Shown here: positions 1-12,209 of the stretch, one piece after another
Layout of the letters: the number at the start of each line of letters is the position of its first letter
How positions within the stretch are numbered: the stretch's first letter is position 1
Notes under the pieces: generated by a model
The model's database searches: none
Told to the model about the DNA's origin: nothing
Seen by the model: only the letters and a program-made list of their open reading frames with translations
Made by a program: the position numbers and the translations under genes
Source: Chiloscyllium plagiosum
Lineage: Eukaryota
Assembly (NCBI RefSeq): GCF_004010195.1
Contig: NC_057712.1
Coordinates: forward strand, 93,986,256 to 94,050,255
Direction: 5' to 3'
Length of the DNA: 64,000 nucleotides

Positions 1-291
1 TCCCAGGGCAGAAATGACTAACACGAGGGGTCAGTTTTAAGCTGGTTGGAGGAAAGTATAGAGGGGATGTCAGAGGTGGGTTCTTTACACAGAGAGTTGT
101 GAGAGCATGGAATGCGTTGCCAGATGCAGTTGTGGAAGCAAGGTCATTGGGAACATTTAAGAGACTACTGGACATGCATATGGTCACAGAAATTTGAGGG
201 TGCATACATGAGGATCAGTGGTTGGCACAACATCGTGGGCTGAAGAGCCTGTTCTGTGCTGTACTGTTCTATGTTCTATGTTGTATGTTCT
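1..291 (+). mobile_element. CR1-type LINE 3' end
   Basis: CR1-like ORF2 C-terminal sequence (ttctttacacagagagttgtgagagcatggaatgcgttgcc = FFTQRVVRAWNALP), 3' UTR gggctgaagagcctgttctgtgctgta and a (tgttcta)n tail. Confidence 0.85.
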
Positions 292-899
292 ACACTCCCA
301 GGAGATTACCAGTTCAGTATGTGGTGCTATTCTCTCTTTTAGCTCTTTTGTCACCTCATCAGGTGTAATATTTTAGAGTTTCTCCCTCCACACAGCCATT
401 GAATTTACATCAACAGTTGGCTTTTTCTGTGTGTCCTATATTTAAAGAAAACACTGGAACTGAAGTTTGATATATCCATCTGTAATTAGGAGTTCTGTTC
501 CTTAATTGTGATGACGATTTCTAATGAACAACAAGTTTGGATCTGGAAATCTAATGTTATAAGTGTTCCTTCACAAGTTAATAAGTGTTAATAATGTTTT
601 TAGTTTCCTTTTATCCGTCTCTTTTATTTCTTTGTACATCCTACCTCTTTTTCTCAATCTTTCTGTTTTCTGTGCACAATTTAAATAAATTTCTATTTTT
701 ATTATTTTGGACATTTTGGTTTGGATTCTGTGAGCCAAATTTTAACTTCAAAAGATGGAAAGGGTGTGTGTTATACATGGGATTAAAGCAATAAAAAAAA
801 AAATCAGCATCCTGACATGAACCTTCCTGAAAATCTACCCAATTGTAGCATTAGCAGAGGCTCCTTGATGTGGATTGGCACATCAGACATGATCATGAA

Positions 900-1450
900 C
901 TTCTAAGGCTCATTGTTCATCAGCTTTCCCAATAGAACTTCTGATGTCATGTCTTCCTGTACCTCAAGAAAGCCACGCCCAGGCAATGACTGCCATATCA
1001 AGAAGGTAATGAACCTTTTTACCTACCTGTTGAGTCCAGTATGCCTGCCAAAGCAAATCTCATGATTCGGCATCTACCTACCTTCGTGCAAACTTTCCCA
1101 ACATAGTGTCTGCTCTCCAATCCCCTCTTGACACTTTAATTTTCTACTAGATCATCAATTGCCTCTCTTCCCAAAACTCCCCATCCATCAATGAAGCTCC
1201 CAAACGTGCTCTCAAAATCCCCTTGGCATATTGAGATTGGCATTTCCTCTTCTCCAATCCTGGCATTGACTCCCCTCTTCCAAGATCACACACCAACACC
1301 CCCACCTCACTTCCATTGCTTCCCTCTCCACTCTGTGATTGACTCACCACTCCCTCAAATCTGCTGTGTCTCCTTTCTCGCCCCTCTGAGCTCTCTCACG
1401 CAACGCACTGCTGTATGTAACCAGATCAACGCTTTATCCAGATGCCAGGT
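900..1450 (+). mobile_element. Old L2-like LINE remnant (endonuclease region)
   Basis: C/T-rich degenerate sequence resembling the 5' part of L2 ORF2; no intact motif; boundaries approximate. Confidence 0.35.
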
Positions 1451-1857
1451 GCACAGAAGCAGAGAGGCCGAAAGAGACTTATCACACATGAGGCTGAAGT
1501 CCAGTCTGCATATGGGGAAACATTCAATTTATAACGCTGGCCCGAACTGCCAGAAACAGCTGGATGGGGTACAGAAGAAGCTATTTGAGATGCTCAGGTA
1601 TTTTCTACTTTCTTCATAAATCCTTTCTACTTAGAGGCAGAACTTACACACAACCTCAGGGGGAATCACCATCTGTTAACAGCTCAGTTAATATTAGTAG
1701 ATGGCTCTCGTCCTTTTCAGAGTAAAGTTCATGGAAGAGATTAATGAGGGCATGTTTGTAGCTGCTGTGCCACCAGCCATGCTCTGATCAGTTGGCAGAC
1801 CTTTGCAAAATCTACCCTCTGAAGCTAGGCATTTCATGAAGCAGTCAAATTTTTGTT

Positions 1858-2166
1858 TTAGATTAGATTACTTACAGTGTGGAAACAGGCCCTTCGGCCC
1901 AACAGGTCCACACCGACCCTTCGAAGAGCAACCCACCCAGACCCATTCCCCTACATTTACCCTTTCACCTAACACTGTGGGCAGTTTAGCATGGTCAATT
2001 CACTTAACCTGGACTGTGGGAGGAAACTGGAGCACCCGGAGGAAACCCACGCAGACACGGGGAGAATGTGCAAACTCTACGCAGATAGTTGCCTGAGGCG
2101 GGAATTGAACCCAGGTCTCTGGCGCTGTGAGGCAGCAGTGCTAACCACTGTGCCATCGTGCCGCCC
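1858..2166 (-). mobile_element. HE1-type tRNA-derived V-SINE
   Basis: Minus strand begins gggcggcacgatggcacagtggttagcactgctgcctcacagcgcc (A box), has B box ggttcaattcc, V domain gggtttcctccgggtgctccagtttcctcccacagtcc, CR1-like tail gggccgaagggcctgtttccacactgta and (taatc)n. Confidence 0.92.
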
Positions 2167-3995
2167 TGGCCTGACCTTTATGGTGATAATAACAGTGAAA
2201 CTGCAAGTGAAGCTGCCACCAAATTCAGGAGGCCACACAAGTGCTGGAAAACTGGGAAAACTGGGAGCACCTGTTTCTACTCTCCTCCAGAAAGTGTGTC
2301 ACCAAGGCCCCATCAGATCACTTCACTCTCTAAGTTGTGCTGTATAAACTCTTGGAAATTGTTGTACCTCTTTGAAAATGCCGCTTTTATTTAAGTACTA
2401 AGATCATGTCACGAGCACAGGCACATTGGGCAGAATGACCACCTGTGGTGTAAGCATCCTTTCATTCAATAAAGCCCCTCACTAATCCTGAAAAACTCAT
2501 CTTCTGCTGCTAGACTGTCCAAGTTCTTCATTATGATTAGAAAGTTTTCCACATTTTTCTAATTTTCAAAACTTTCTGATCTTCACTTTAGCTTCTATTG
2601 CGATTCAATCATTGTCAGGGGATCCCGCTCCTATTTTCTATGTTATCTTCAGAAACATATTTCCAACCCCGAACAGATCATCAAAAAACACGCACTTACC
2701 TTCTTTGATTTTTCTGAACAATCTTCCAATTGGGAATGCTTTGCAATGGACTGTGCACAGAAATCCTTAGAGGGAGCAGTGCAGTGAATCAAATACCATG
2801 TCCTTTTAGGACAGTAGCTGTTGTGCTCCAGTAAGTAAAGAGGTGAAAAGATGCGGAGTGAATGCAAGTGTGTAATGGGTTGGGTTAGGCAAGGAGTCAG
2901 GTCGGTGAGGGGTAATAGGATGTGTAATTGAGTCGGGTGTCAGATGGGTAAAGGTGCAGGGTGGCACTGTAACAACTAGTGGGGTGGCAGGTGGCTGAGA
3001 GGGGAGTAAGGTGGATGTAGGAAGCTGGGTCATGTCAGGGATTACTCAGGTAAGATTGAGAGTTCGGGGGGAGATTTGTTGGGAGTTTGAAAGGGGAATG
3101 AGGGAGGCTAGTCATATAGTCATTGAGGAGGTAGACCTTCCCAAGCACCAAACGAAATGGGGATTGACAAGGAAGTTGGAAAATCACATGAGGTTGTCTG
3201 CAAGAAGATTATCAAGTTGAGAGAAATATAAAAAACTAATTTCCAAAATGTTGAACGGCGAGATGAGATTGTCACATGAGAGCAGCAAGTGTCCTTTTAA
3301 TATCCTCATGATAATGATATTTATCCTCCTTAATATGGAGACCCCCATTCTCCCACCTACCCAATAGAAACCTGACCCAACATGAAAATTATGGCAGTTT
3401 TTGGCAACTCGCTGTTTACTCCTTTGGCTTTCCATCTCAAAAACTGGGTACCAACATCCCCCAGGGCATGCTTCATGGGCAGTGACTGCCTGCAGCCCCC
3501 AATCTGCCAGTACTTCCAGGTCCCCATTGGCAAAGTGGGTGCCAATGTCCCTGTCTGACAGGTCTGGAGAAATTGGTAAAAACTGTGCAAAGCAACAGAA
3601 ACTTCCCAGTGCTTGACCGGGCGCATGACCCAGGCCATAAAGATGGCACTGGTGCCAAAAGTCCTAGGAGGTCGCAGTAGTTTCCCAGTCAGTACTTCTA
3701 CCTACGGTGAGAGGGAGAATACAATGGGTGGGACACGACTGGGGTGTAGTACAGAGGGAATAGGATGAGTTCGGGAACGTGGTATGAGAAACTCACAGGG
3801 CCTCGTGGAAAGAATCGATCCATGAAACTGACCAAAATTGACACTTAGCTAATTTCTGATATAATTCAGCCTTTGATTCTTTTTTCCTTGAAATTCGAAA
3901 GCTGTAGCAGTACAGGGTGCCATGTATAACCACATTGTTAAAAGCACAATTGGACAGTATTTACAGTGACTGAAATATCAGAATTCAGGAGTTTG

Positions 3996-4036
3996 CTTCC
4001 ATTTAATTAAGGGTCTGTCCCTTAATTAAATGGAAG
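3996..4036. repeat. Perfect 18-bp inverted repeat with 5-nt loop
   Basis: cttccatttaattaaggg (3996-4013), loop tctgt, cccttaattaaatggaag (4019-4036). Confidence 0.9.
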
Positions 4037-4857
4037 TCTGCCAGGGCCATAAATTGTGTAGGAAATAGACAAACTCGTTCTGCTGATTGCACCTGCAGGT
4101 GGGGAATTAAAATAAAATCATTTCTTTTCACTCCGACTGAGCTGCTCCAAGAGGGACAGTTCTCTTCAAGTCCTTGTGCTGGCCACTCTTGTTCTCTGCT
4201 GCTGCCTGGATCTTTACGACAGGAAATTTGACTCCTTTGATGAAACCATTTCTCTATTACATTGCAGCTTTTTTTTTGTAAAGAGTTGCACACAAAGGAT
4301 TATATTTTAACTCTATTATTTTAATGATTTGCACTTGCTTGGGCACATGCAAATCATGGCAAAATGTAAATGATCTGCTGGTAATAAACTTCTGAAAAAG
4401 GTATTTCCATCACCAAATTAAAACCAAGGGCAAACATCACTAGGATCAAATAAGCTATGGAAGCACTTCCAATATGAAGTATTTTCCCATGGTAGATGCT
4501 GTTTTGTACCTGAGTGTGTGTAAGCTGATTAGCGATATTCATTGACCTTTTAAGCCATTCCTTGCCCAGTAAACTGTGAAATGTCGTTAAATCTGTCATT
4601 GCTTTTACCATTGTCTTTGTACTATTTGTTACTGGGATGTCGGTGCTCTGAGTAAGTGTAACTGGGGCTGTTAATCTTTTTTCACCTTTCTTCACACACG
4701 TTTGCATACGTCTCTGATTTACTCATCTTCTCTTCCTTGGAAGTCTGTCACTTTCTGTGTACAGACGTGTCTGGACTCATTGCGATAACTCTGATTGTAT
4801 GGTACAGCAAGTCACTTGAGGTCAGGTCTTTGAAATTAATGGAAAAGAAAATTGAGA

Positions 4858-5613
4858 GGTATTGCATCTTAGTAAAACAAACAAAGGCAAGACATATACA
4901 ATTAAAAGTAGGGGCATGGGTAGAGTTGTAGAAAAGGGAGACCTAGGGGATCAGGTACATAATTCCTTGAAGTTTGCATCACATACAGATGGGGTGGTTA
5001 AGGAGGCATTTAGTATGTTTGCCTTCATTGCTCAGACCTTTGAGTATAGGAGACATTATATTGAAGTTGTACAGGATATTGCTGAGGCCTCTTCTGGAGT
5101 ACTCTGTACATTTTTGGTCTTGTAGCATATTGTTAAACTGAAGAGGGTTCAGGCAAGATTTACCAGGATGTTGCTGGGAATGGAGGGTTTGAGTTATAAG
5201 GGGAGGCTGGACCTTTTTTTGTACAGAAGTGTTGGAGGTTGAGAGGTGATCTTATAGAGGTTTATAAAATAATGAGGGGTATAGATAAAGTTAATGGTAG
5301 GTGTCTTTTCTGTACGGTGGGGATTTCAAGACTTGGGGGGCACATTTTTAAACTGAAAGGAGAAAGATAAAAAAAAAACATGGGGACAATTCTTTTTAAA
5401 AAACGCATAGTGATTCTTGTGGAATGAACTTGCAGAGGAAGTGGTGGAGGGGATTACAGTTAACTTTTAAAAGACAGTTGAATAGGTACGTGAGTAAGGA
5501 ATGTGCAGAGGGATATGGGCTAAGTGCAGGCATGTGGGATTAGTTTAATTTGGGATTACAGTCAGCATGGACTGGTTGGATTGAAGGGTCTGTTTCTGTG
5601 TCTTCTGACTCTG
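4858..5613 (+). mobile_element. CR1 LINE, 5'-truncated and decayed
   Basis: ORF 4862-5125 has CR1 RT C-terminal motifs (DLGDQVHNSLK...VVKEAF); 3' UTR ends gggtctgtttctgtg...tgactctg. Confidence 0.85.
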
Positions 5614-7142
5614 TGAGAGAGGTGCATAATGGACAATAGCTCTAATATTGTTCAGATTACTGTATCACACAAACAACGTCAAAATGACCCTCACTAACAC
5701 TAGGTTGGCACTTTAGATTAATAAATGAGGCAGGAACCCTTAGATTTAACCTGCTTTCAGAGCAGCAGTGTTTAGAGGACATCATCGGACAGAGGGTATA
5801 TGTCTTTACAGCATTGCTTATAGCACCTTCACCCCAAGTGTTTTGACTGTCTGACCCCTACCTGCCCACATAAACCACCCACAATCAGGGCATTAGATCA
5901 AGACTTCTGAACTTCCTGCACATTACCAGACATTGCCCACTCTCAATGCTTCAGCAAATAAAAACATTTCCTCAAGCAGCCAAAATGAGTCAGATTTTAC
6001 ATGAACAACACAACCCATCATTAACACCAGTCTACAGTTCAGTCTCGAATTTGAGGCAAAATTACATCATGGGTATGTAGAGGACTGGAATCAAGCTTTT
6101 ACAATAATAACAGTTCTCTCGATGGCTCGGGCTAAATGTAAACACTCTGTTAATGACTCCTATCTCCCTTCAGACCAGGACTCCAGTGCTGAATACCAAG
6201 CCATTACTTTCCAGACAGAAACTGATCACATCTCTTCCGGAGATGTTGTAATGGGACACAGATTGCTTCACTTTATTCCTGTGCCATCAAAGTGATTTCC
6301 TCTGAATGGGTTGATGGAGGCTGAAGGCTTCCTGTTCATTCCTTCTCCATCTGGTCGACATGGAAAGCTCAAAGAAGCTGATTTTCAGCAGTTAACCAGG
6401 CAGTTTGTTATTTCCTATCTCAGAATTGGAATCCTACAGTGGGTTCGATCACTGCTAAATGTATGTTGCAGCACTGACCTCTGTACTTGGCCTCAACATT
6501 TGAATATTAACTACACGTCTACCTGCCTTTTGTGAAACCTCATCAATGGTGTGTTTCATAAAACATGAGCACAAATGGAGTTAAATTGCTGCATCCCAAT
6601 ATTTTAATCCTACTAACCCTCTCATCCCCACTAGCGTGTGGGTGAAGTATGGGAATAACATTTAGGCAAGTTGCCTTTTAGCATTACTCATTACCCCAAT
6701 AAAAAGAGTCATCATGAAAATCCCTGCAGTTAATGTTAATGCCTGTTTCCTGGATATATATGGAACACATGTGTTTCAGAGGCCTCCTCCCTGACCATTC
6801 CTATAATGTACACACGATTCGATTGATGTTCCTTTCTACCTGCTCGGTTTCTGGATAGTTGCACTTCCCATTTTTCACCCAACATTCTCTACATCTGTCA
6901 TCCTTTCTTTGGAATCTTTGCATTTCTCAAGTTTTCCACATCTATCATGATTTATTGATGCCTATAATAATGTGTATTATTGTTTCTCTTGTGAAGCCAG
7001 CACTTGCTTCCCCCTTCTCCATCTTTGCTTTCAGCTGTTCTGATGAGCTTAGCTTTAGCATGAGAGCATCTGAACCTTCTACCATGGTCAACAGGACACC
7101 TGATCAGGTCCACCCCATTTCCAGTTTCTACTCTCACCCATT

Positions 7143-7330
7143 TCAGTGTCTTGTGGCTCAGTCGGTAGTACCCCTGTCTCTCAGGCAAAGTTTAGGTTCA
7201 AGTCCCACACCCAGGTCTCAATGCCCACCAGAGAGATGTTGTAACACAGCCAAACAGATTGAATATTAATCTGAAAATCCTTCCCAAACACCAACTGCAG
7301 GCAGCAAAAGCAGGAGTTTCCTAGTCAGCA
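7143..7330 (+). mobile_element. tRNA-derived SINE (head region)
   Basis: A box tggctcagtcgg and B box ggttcaagtcc at Pol III spacing; no cloverleaf completes. Confidence 0.55.
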
Positions 7331-7569
7331 AATGCAACAGCCTCCTTAAGTTAAAACTGTCCACACACATGCTCTTTCCATAAGTAAGTATCATTGTCAT
7401 TCTGAGGAATGATCATCCACATACACACATATTCTATCAAAACCAGGATAAAGTCTCCTTGCCTTTCATCATAGTCTGCCAGCACCTCCCCTTTGCATTA
7501 ATCCTCCTAACCATCAGCAGCCTTTCAACATAACTGCAGGATGAAAAACATATACCTCTAATACAAAGA

Positions 7570-7754
7570 GAAAAAGAACTCAAAGAACTGTCATTGTTGG
7601 AAATCTGAAACAAAAACTTGAAACTGCTGGAACAACTTCTTCTCCAATAGGTTTAGGGTTACTGGACTCTAACTTTCTCTCTGCATGTTAACTCTGCTTT
7701 CTCTCTACAGATGCTTCCGGAACTGCTGAGTTTCTCCAGCAATTTTGTTTTTGT
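7570..7754. mobile_element. Old fold-back PLE-terminus remnant (family C)
   Basis: aacaaaaacttgaaactgctgg on the left is inverted relative to ctccagcaattttgtttttgt on the right; the right half resembles 30260-30325. Confidence 0.55.
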
Positions 7755-8267
7755 GCCTGTAACCACGTCAGCCAAGTTCCCAAACACTCCTGTGTAAGAC
7801 AGTAACTTGTGTATTTTATTTAACCTAACGTACCATGTACATTGGTCATGATGTGGTCTCATTTGTATTAGGACATTAGGTGGCTACTTTGCTAAAAACC
7901 TTCATTCCATTTGCAAGTGTAAGCCAAAAGGACGTGTGGTTTGCCACCTCTGTGCTATCACTATCGTCTCAGTCATCACCCCTCTATTGAAATTCCATAG
8001 AGGCTACAACAATTGATAGATTTTCCATTCCTGTCCAATTGAGTGAGTTAATAATGCAGTGAGGTCAAGGCAGGTTTTTAAATGGTAAGTCGCTGGAAAT
8101 AAATCAAATAATTTATTCTTCTCATTCAGAAGATCACATAATACAGCTTTAAATTTCTGACTCTACATTGAGCCCTGCTTCTCCATTCATTTTCCAACGA
8201 GAATCAGGTTTCAGGGATCTAATCACAAATTCTGTCCACGGAGAAACCATTTGTTTGAGCCGCAAAG

Positions 8268-8375
8268 ACTGCCATTTGTATAGCACCTTTCATGATATTA
8301 CGGTGTTTCAGTTTACTTTACAGCCAAGGAAACACTTCTAACATGTAGCTGATGTTGAAACGCAGAATAAGGACT
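8268..8375 (-). mobile_element. Deu-type SINE 3' remnant
   Basis: gccatttgtatagcacctttca...ctttacagccaagga is the reverse of the common tail ...gtgaaaggygctatataaatgcaa; similar pieces near 27870, 36725, 42275 (+), 52075 and 52790. Confidence 0.5.
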
Positions 8376-9690
8376 GAATGTTAGTCCATTCGATTTTAAA
8401 TAAATGAAATATGAACATAACACTATCTTTTACCCTGTTCTTAAAGTGAACTGGCCTCAGGTTAAATATGCATGAGCAGATGAGATGCTTAGTAAGAAAA
8501 GCAGCTAAGAAACTGGTAAATAGACTGTTTAAGTTTAAAAACAAGGATTTGGAAAAATGTAATACAAAACAGATTTCTTAGAGTTAACATCATAAGGGAA
8601 ACCATTCAGCAGAATAAACAAGGAGAATTTACAACAGGAAGATCAACAATAATTTTAAAGTTGGAGAGTGAAATGGGGCAAAACAACCCACTGGTAGATA
8701 GAAAACCAATAATCAGTTGGTTCAGAAGAAACAAAAACCAGCTTGGAGGATGAAAACAAACCAGAGGCAAAAAAACACTTTCCTGCTCTCAATTGATAAC
8801 ATTTCACTGTCCGGATGAAAGGTTGTTATTGAAAAGCAAGGGAAAATATGGATTAATCCAATTATGAAGTTGCAAATCATCTGATAATCACTTCAATTTT
8901 CACTTGGCAAGACATTGTGGATTGTAGAAAATACGTATATTTTAAAAAAGATATTCTTGTTCATGTTTATATAAATGTAAGCTGACAGTGAATAATGTGG
9001 GATGAATTGATGAAAAGAGACTGACACTGAACAGTGCACTTCATGATATAATTTATTAAAACCAGAAGGTCTCTTGCCAAATAATTAAAGGGCAGCCTAA
9101 TTTCTGTCAGAAGGAGTAACCTTTGAACAGACATTTTCAATTCTGACTGCAGCCAGGATTTGTCTGGAAGCGGGCTCCTAAGGCCCATTATAAATGAGAT
9201 GTTATCTGTAGGAATTAAGGAAAATTGACTCATGATTGATGACTTGGGGGTCAGTAAATCACTACTATTTTCACTATGATTGAGACCAAGGGCACTGTCC
9301 ATCTCTGAGGGATTAGGGCTGTGACTGAAGATTAGGGAGAATATGTTTGGAGATCTAACATTTCAAGGCACAATTGTACTTGGGCTCTCTTTTTGTTTGA
9401 AAAAGAACGGACAAGTGTGTTGGGAGTATTGCTGATCATTTTATATTGGGATACGCTTCTGATAGGTAATGTTAACCAAAAGTGAATTGTAATGCTGTTT
9501 TGTTATAAAAAAGCAGCTGCTTCACACATTACTACTGAGGGGAGAATTGAGTATTCAGTTAAACTAGTCAACTGGATTTTTGTTAAGTCCTGAAGATGGG
9601 GAAGTTGTCATGGTGAGGCTAACAGAGCCTGTTTCAAATGTTGGTGTGTTGCTACCAACTTGAATGCAGGTGGGAACAGTTGAGATTGTA

Positions 9691-9909
9691 CAGGTCGTTC
9701 TGCTTTAATGTGCATTTTGTTAACGGGAATTTGCTATAACACGACTGATGAATTGGGAACACTGTTTCTAACATGTGAGGTTTTAAAGTGTACACTGTTT
9801 ATAATGCAATTCCAGCCCCATTAGTTTAAATGGTGCAGCTATGACTCAATTTTCTTATGACATGGGATTGCACAAGAACGGAACTATTGCGTTATAGCAG
9901 AACTGGCTG
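9691..9909. mobile_element. Tc1/mariner (Tigger-like) MITE
   Basis: TA on both sides (9689-9690, 9910-9911); imperfect TIRs CAGGTCGTTCTGCTTTAATG versus reverse-complemented end CAGCCAGTTCTGCTATAACG; 219 bp and non-coding. Confidence 0.8.
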
Positions 9910-10639
9910 TATGTTTCAGTCCAGTCTCCAAATTGAGCAATTTTAGCCTTTTATAAATGTTAGGAAATGCATTTTAACAAGGAATTTATTTTATTGAAGA
10001 AGCTGAGTGTTGCAGTTATTTTAGCTGAAAAGTTATGACGGGTTAAATCCCCCTCACAGGGCAATACTAGTAATGAAGCCACCATCAGGCCCTACAGCAC
10101 TGTGCTGTTTAAGGTGACCATAACAGACTGCTGAAGCAACAAACGACACATCTTCATTTATTCCAGTTGCTGTTCAGACAGCTTATGGCCAAGAATGTTT
10201 CTCCCTTAGGTTCCTTCTCTTCTGAAGGCACTGACTATTGCTTGGTCTCGTCATACAAAGTCTCCCTCATGTGGCCTATTCCTCAGGTCTCAGTCTAACT
10301 GTTGTGTGATGGTGTGTTTTAATTACACTGGAGGTGGGTGTAATAATCAAGCATGCAACTGCTGATCATTCAAGTTGCAGTGAACTGTACTGAAAGACCA
10401 GCTTTCAGGCTGGAGCTGGGGGGGAGGAAGCATGTCTTCATGCAGTACTTTTAGATGAGCTGGCTTTATGTCCTTCTCAGTGTTACATCAAAGCAAGAAT
10501 ATTCAGGAACTCTGCACATACAAAGAATTCAGCCTGGAAGCTCTGCTGCTGTATCCACAACCATTCGGCCCACTCCTTATTTCCATGACCTTATTATAAT
10601 TAAAACTGCAGAGTAAAGCAGACAGAGGCAAGTGGTTTT

Positions 10640-10922
10640 TGGCTTCCTTTTGCAAATTTCTTATGTAAATCAGAGGAGACAAATTTAAGATAATTGGCCC
10701 AAGTATGTGAGGCAAGATGAAAAATATTTTTATGCAACAATTCACTTGAAAAGCTAATGGAAGTAGTTTCAAATCAAAATTGATTAAAATCCTTGAAGTG
10801 GAGATATTTGCAGGATGATGAGGTGTGAACAGGGGAACGGACTAATTGGAAAGATCTTCTGATGACACTGCCTCAGTAAATGGTCTCTTTCATCCTGTAG
10901 TATTCCCTCATTCCATAATTCA
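10640..10922 (+). mobile_element. Old CR1 3' remnant
   Basis: ggagacaaatttaagataattggc...aaatatttttatgcaac resembles decayed CR1 RGHxxK...FFxQR coding sequence. Confidence 0.5.
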
Positions 10923-10936
10923 GTGCTTCCTTATTA

Positions 10937-11077
10937 GCTGTGAGTCAACACTGATCACTGGTAACACTTTTGTCCCTGAATCATCAGGATCTGGATTCAT
11001 TCTCACTCCAATGTTTGAATACAAGAATCAAGGCCAATACTTAAGTGCAGTACTGAGGGAGTGCTGCATTGTTGGGT
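10937..11077 (+). mobile_element. Deu-type SINE head remnant
   Basis: Degenerate tRNA-like head followed by gtgcagtactgagggagtgctgcattgttgg, typical of vertebrate DeuSINE-class elements. Confidence 0.5.
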
Positions 11078-11532
11078 GATAAATGTTTGGGGTAGAAAGG
11101 TAACACTGGTATCAGTTTTCCTCCAGACTTACTGTAGTTATGTCACCATGATCAATGAGGTTTCTATCTTAGAGCCAGTGTAATAAAGACATGGTACAAG
11201 TCACATAGTTGTCCTTTGAGATTGTACCAATGGATGGAATCTTACTGGGATCTGAGTGATATGGACTATGATGAGGAGTCTGGTGTGGTCTATCATGATG
11301 TTAGAAGCATTTCACTCCATTGTTTATGCTTTTCACAAGTGGTGTAGTGAATTTCTTGCTAGTTGGCAGTAAGTTGGCAATTGAAGAGGATTGTTGCTTG
11401 CTCAACCCTTTGTTACATCCCAATGTGCCTCATTAATATTCAATTGCTGATATAACTTAAAATGTTAAATCAGCCCGTAGTAAGGAAAACCCGACATGGA
11501 AATTAGAGCAGGAACCTGTCAGATTCAGCTTC

Positions 11533-12095
11533 AGAGTCTAGATTAGAGTGGTGCTGGAAAAGCACGGCAGGTTAGGCAGCATCCAAGGAGCAGGAAAATC
11601 AATGTTTCAGGCCTTCATCAGGAATGAGGCAGGGAGCCTCCAGGGTGGAGAGATAAATGGGAGGGGGTGGGGGGGTGTGGCTGGGGAGAAGGTACCCAAG
11701 AGTACAATAGGTAAATGGAGGTGGGGATGAAGGTGATAGGTCGGAGAGGAGGGTGGAGCTGATAGGTGAGAAGGAAGATTGGCAGGTAGGACAGGTCATG
11801 AGGATGGTGCTGAGCTGGAAGGTTGGAACTGGGCTAAGGTGGGGGTAAGGGAAATGAGGAAACTGGTGAAGTCCACATTGATGCCCTGGGGTTGAAGTGT
11901 TCCGAGGCGGAAGATGAGGCATTCTTCCTCCAGGCGTTGGGTGATGAGGGAGTGGCGGTGGAGGAGGCCCAGGACCTGCATGTCCTCGGCAGAGTGGGAG
12001 GGGGATTGAAATGTTGGGCTACAGGGCTGTGGGGTTAATTGGTGTGGGTGTCCCGGAGATGTTCCCTAGTGCGCTTTAGGGAACACCTCCAGGAC
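11533..12095 (-). mobile_element. Penelope-like element 3' part (GIY-YIG C-terminus plus terminal repeat, family B)
   Basis: ORF 11796-11981 (MQVLGLLH...QRLEEECLIFRLGTLQPQGINVDF) matches the PLE endonuclease C-terminus; the terminal sequence is shared with 15920-16094, 38181-38300 and 63738-63821. Confidence 0.88.
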
Positions 12096-12123
12096 AATTA
12101 TGCAAGGTGATAGATGCTGAAGA

Positions 12124-12209
12124 GTTTTGAGAAGATTTTTAGCTCAGGTTGAGGTTTGGGATGTAGGTTTGCTCGCTGAACTGTATGGTCAGCGAGCAAA
12201 CCTACATCC
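12124..12209. mobile_element. 86-bp fold-back insertion, probably a PLE terminus (family D)
   Basis: 12-bp TSD agatgctgaaga (12112-12123, 12210-12221); perfect 21-bp stem 12159-12179/12189-12209. Confidence 0.75.
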
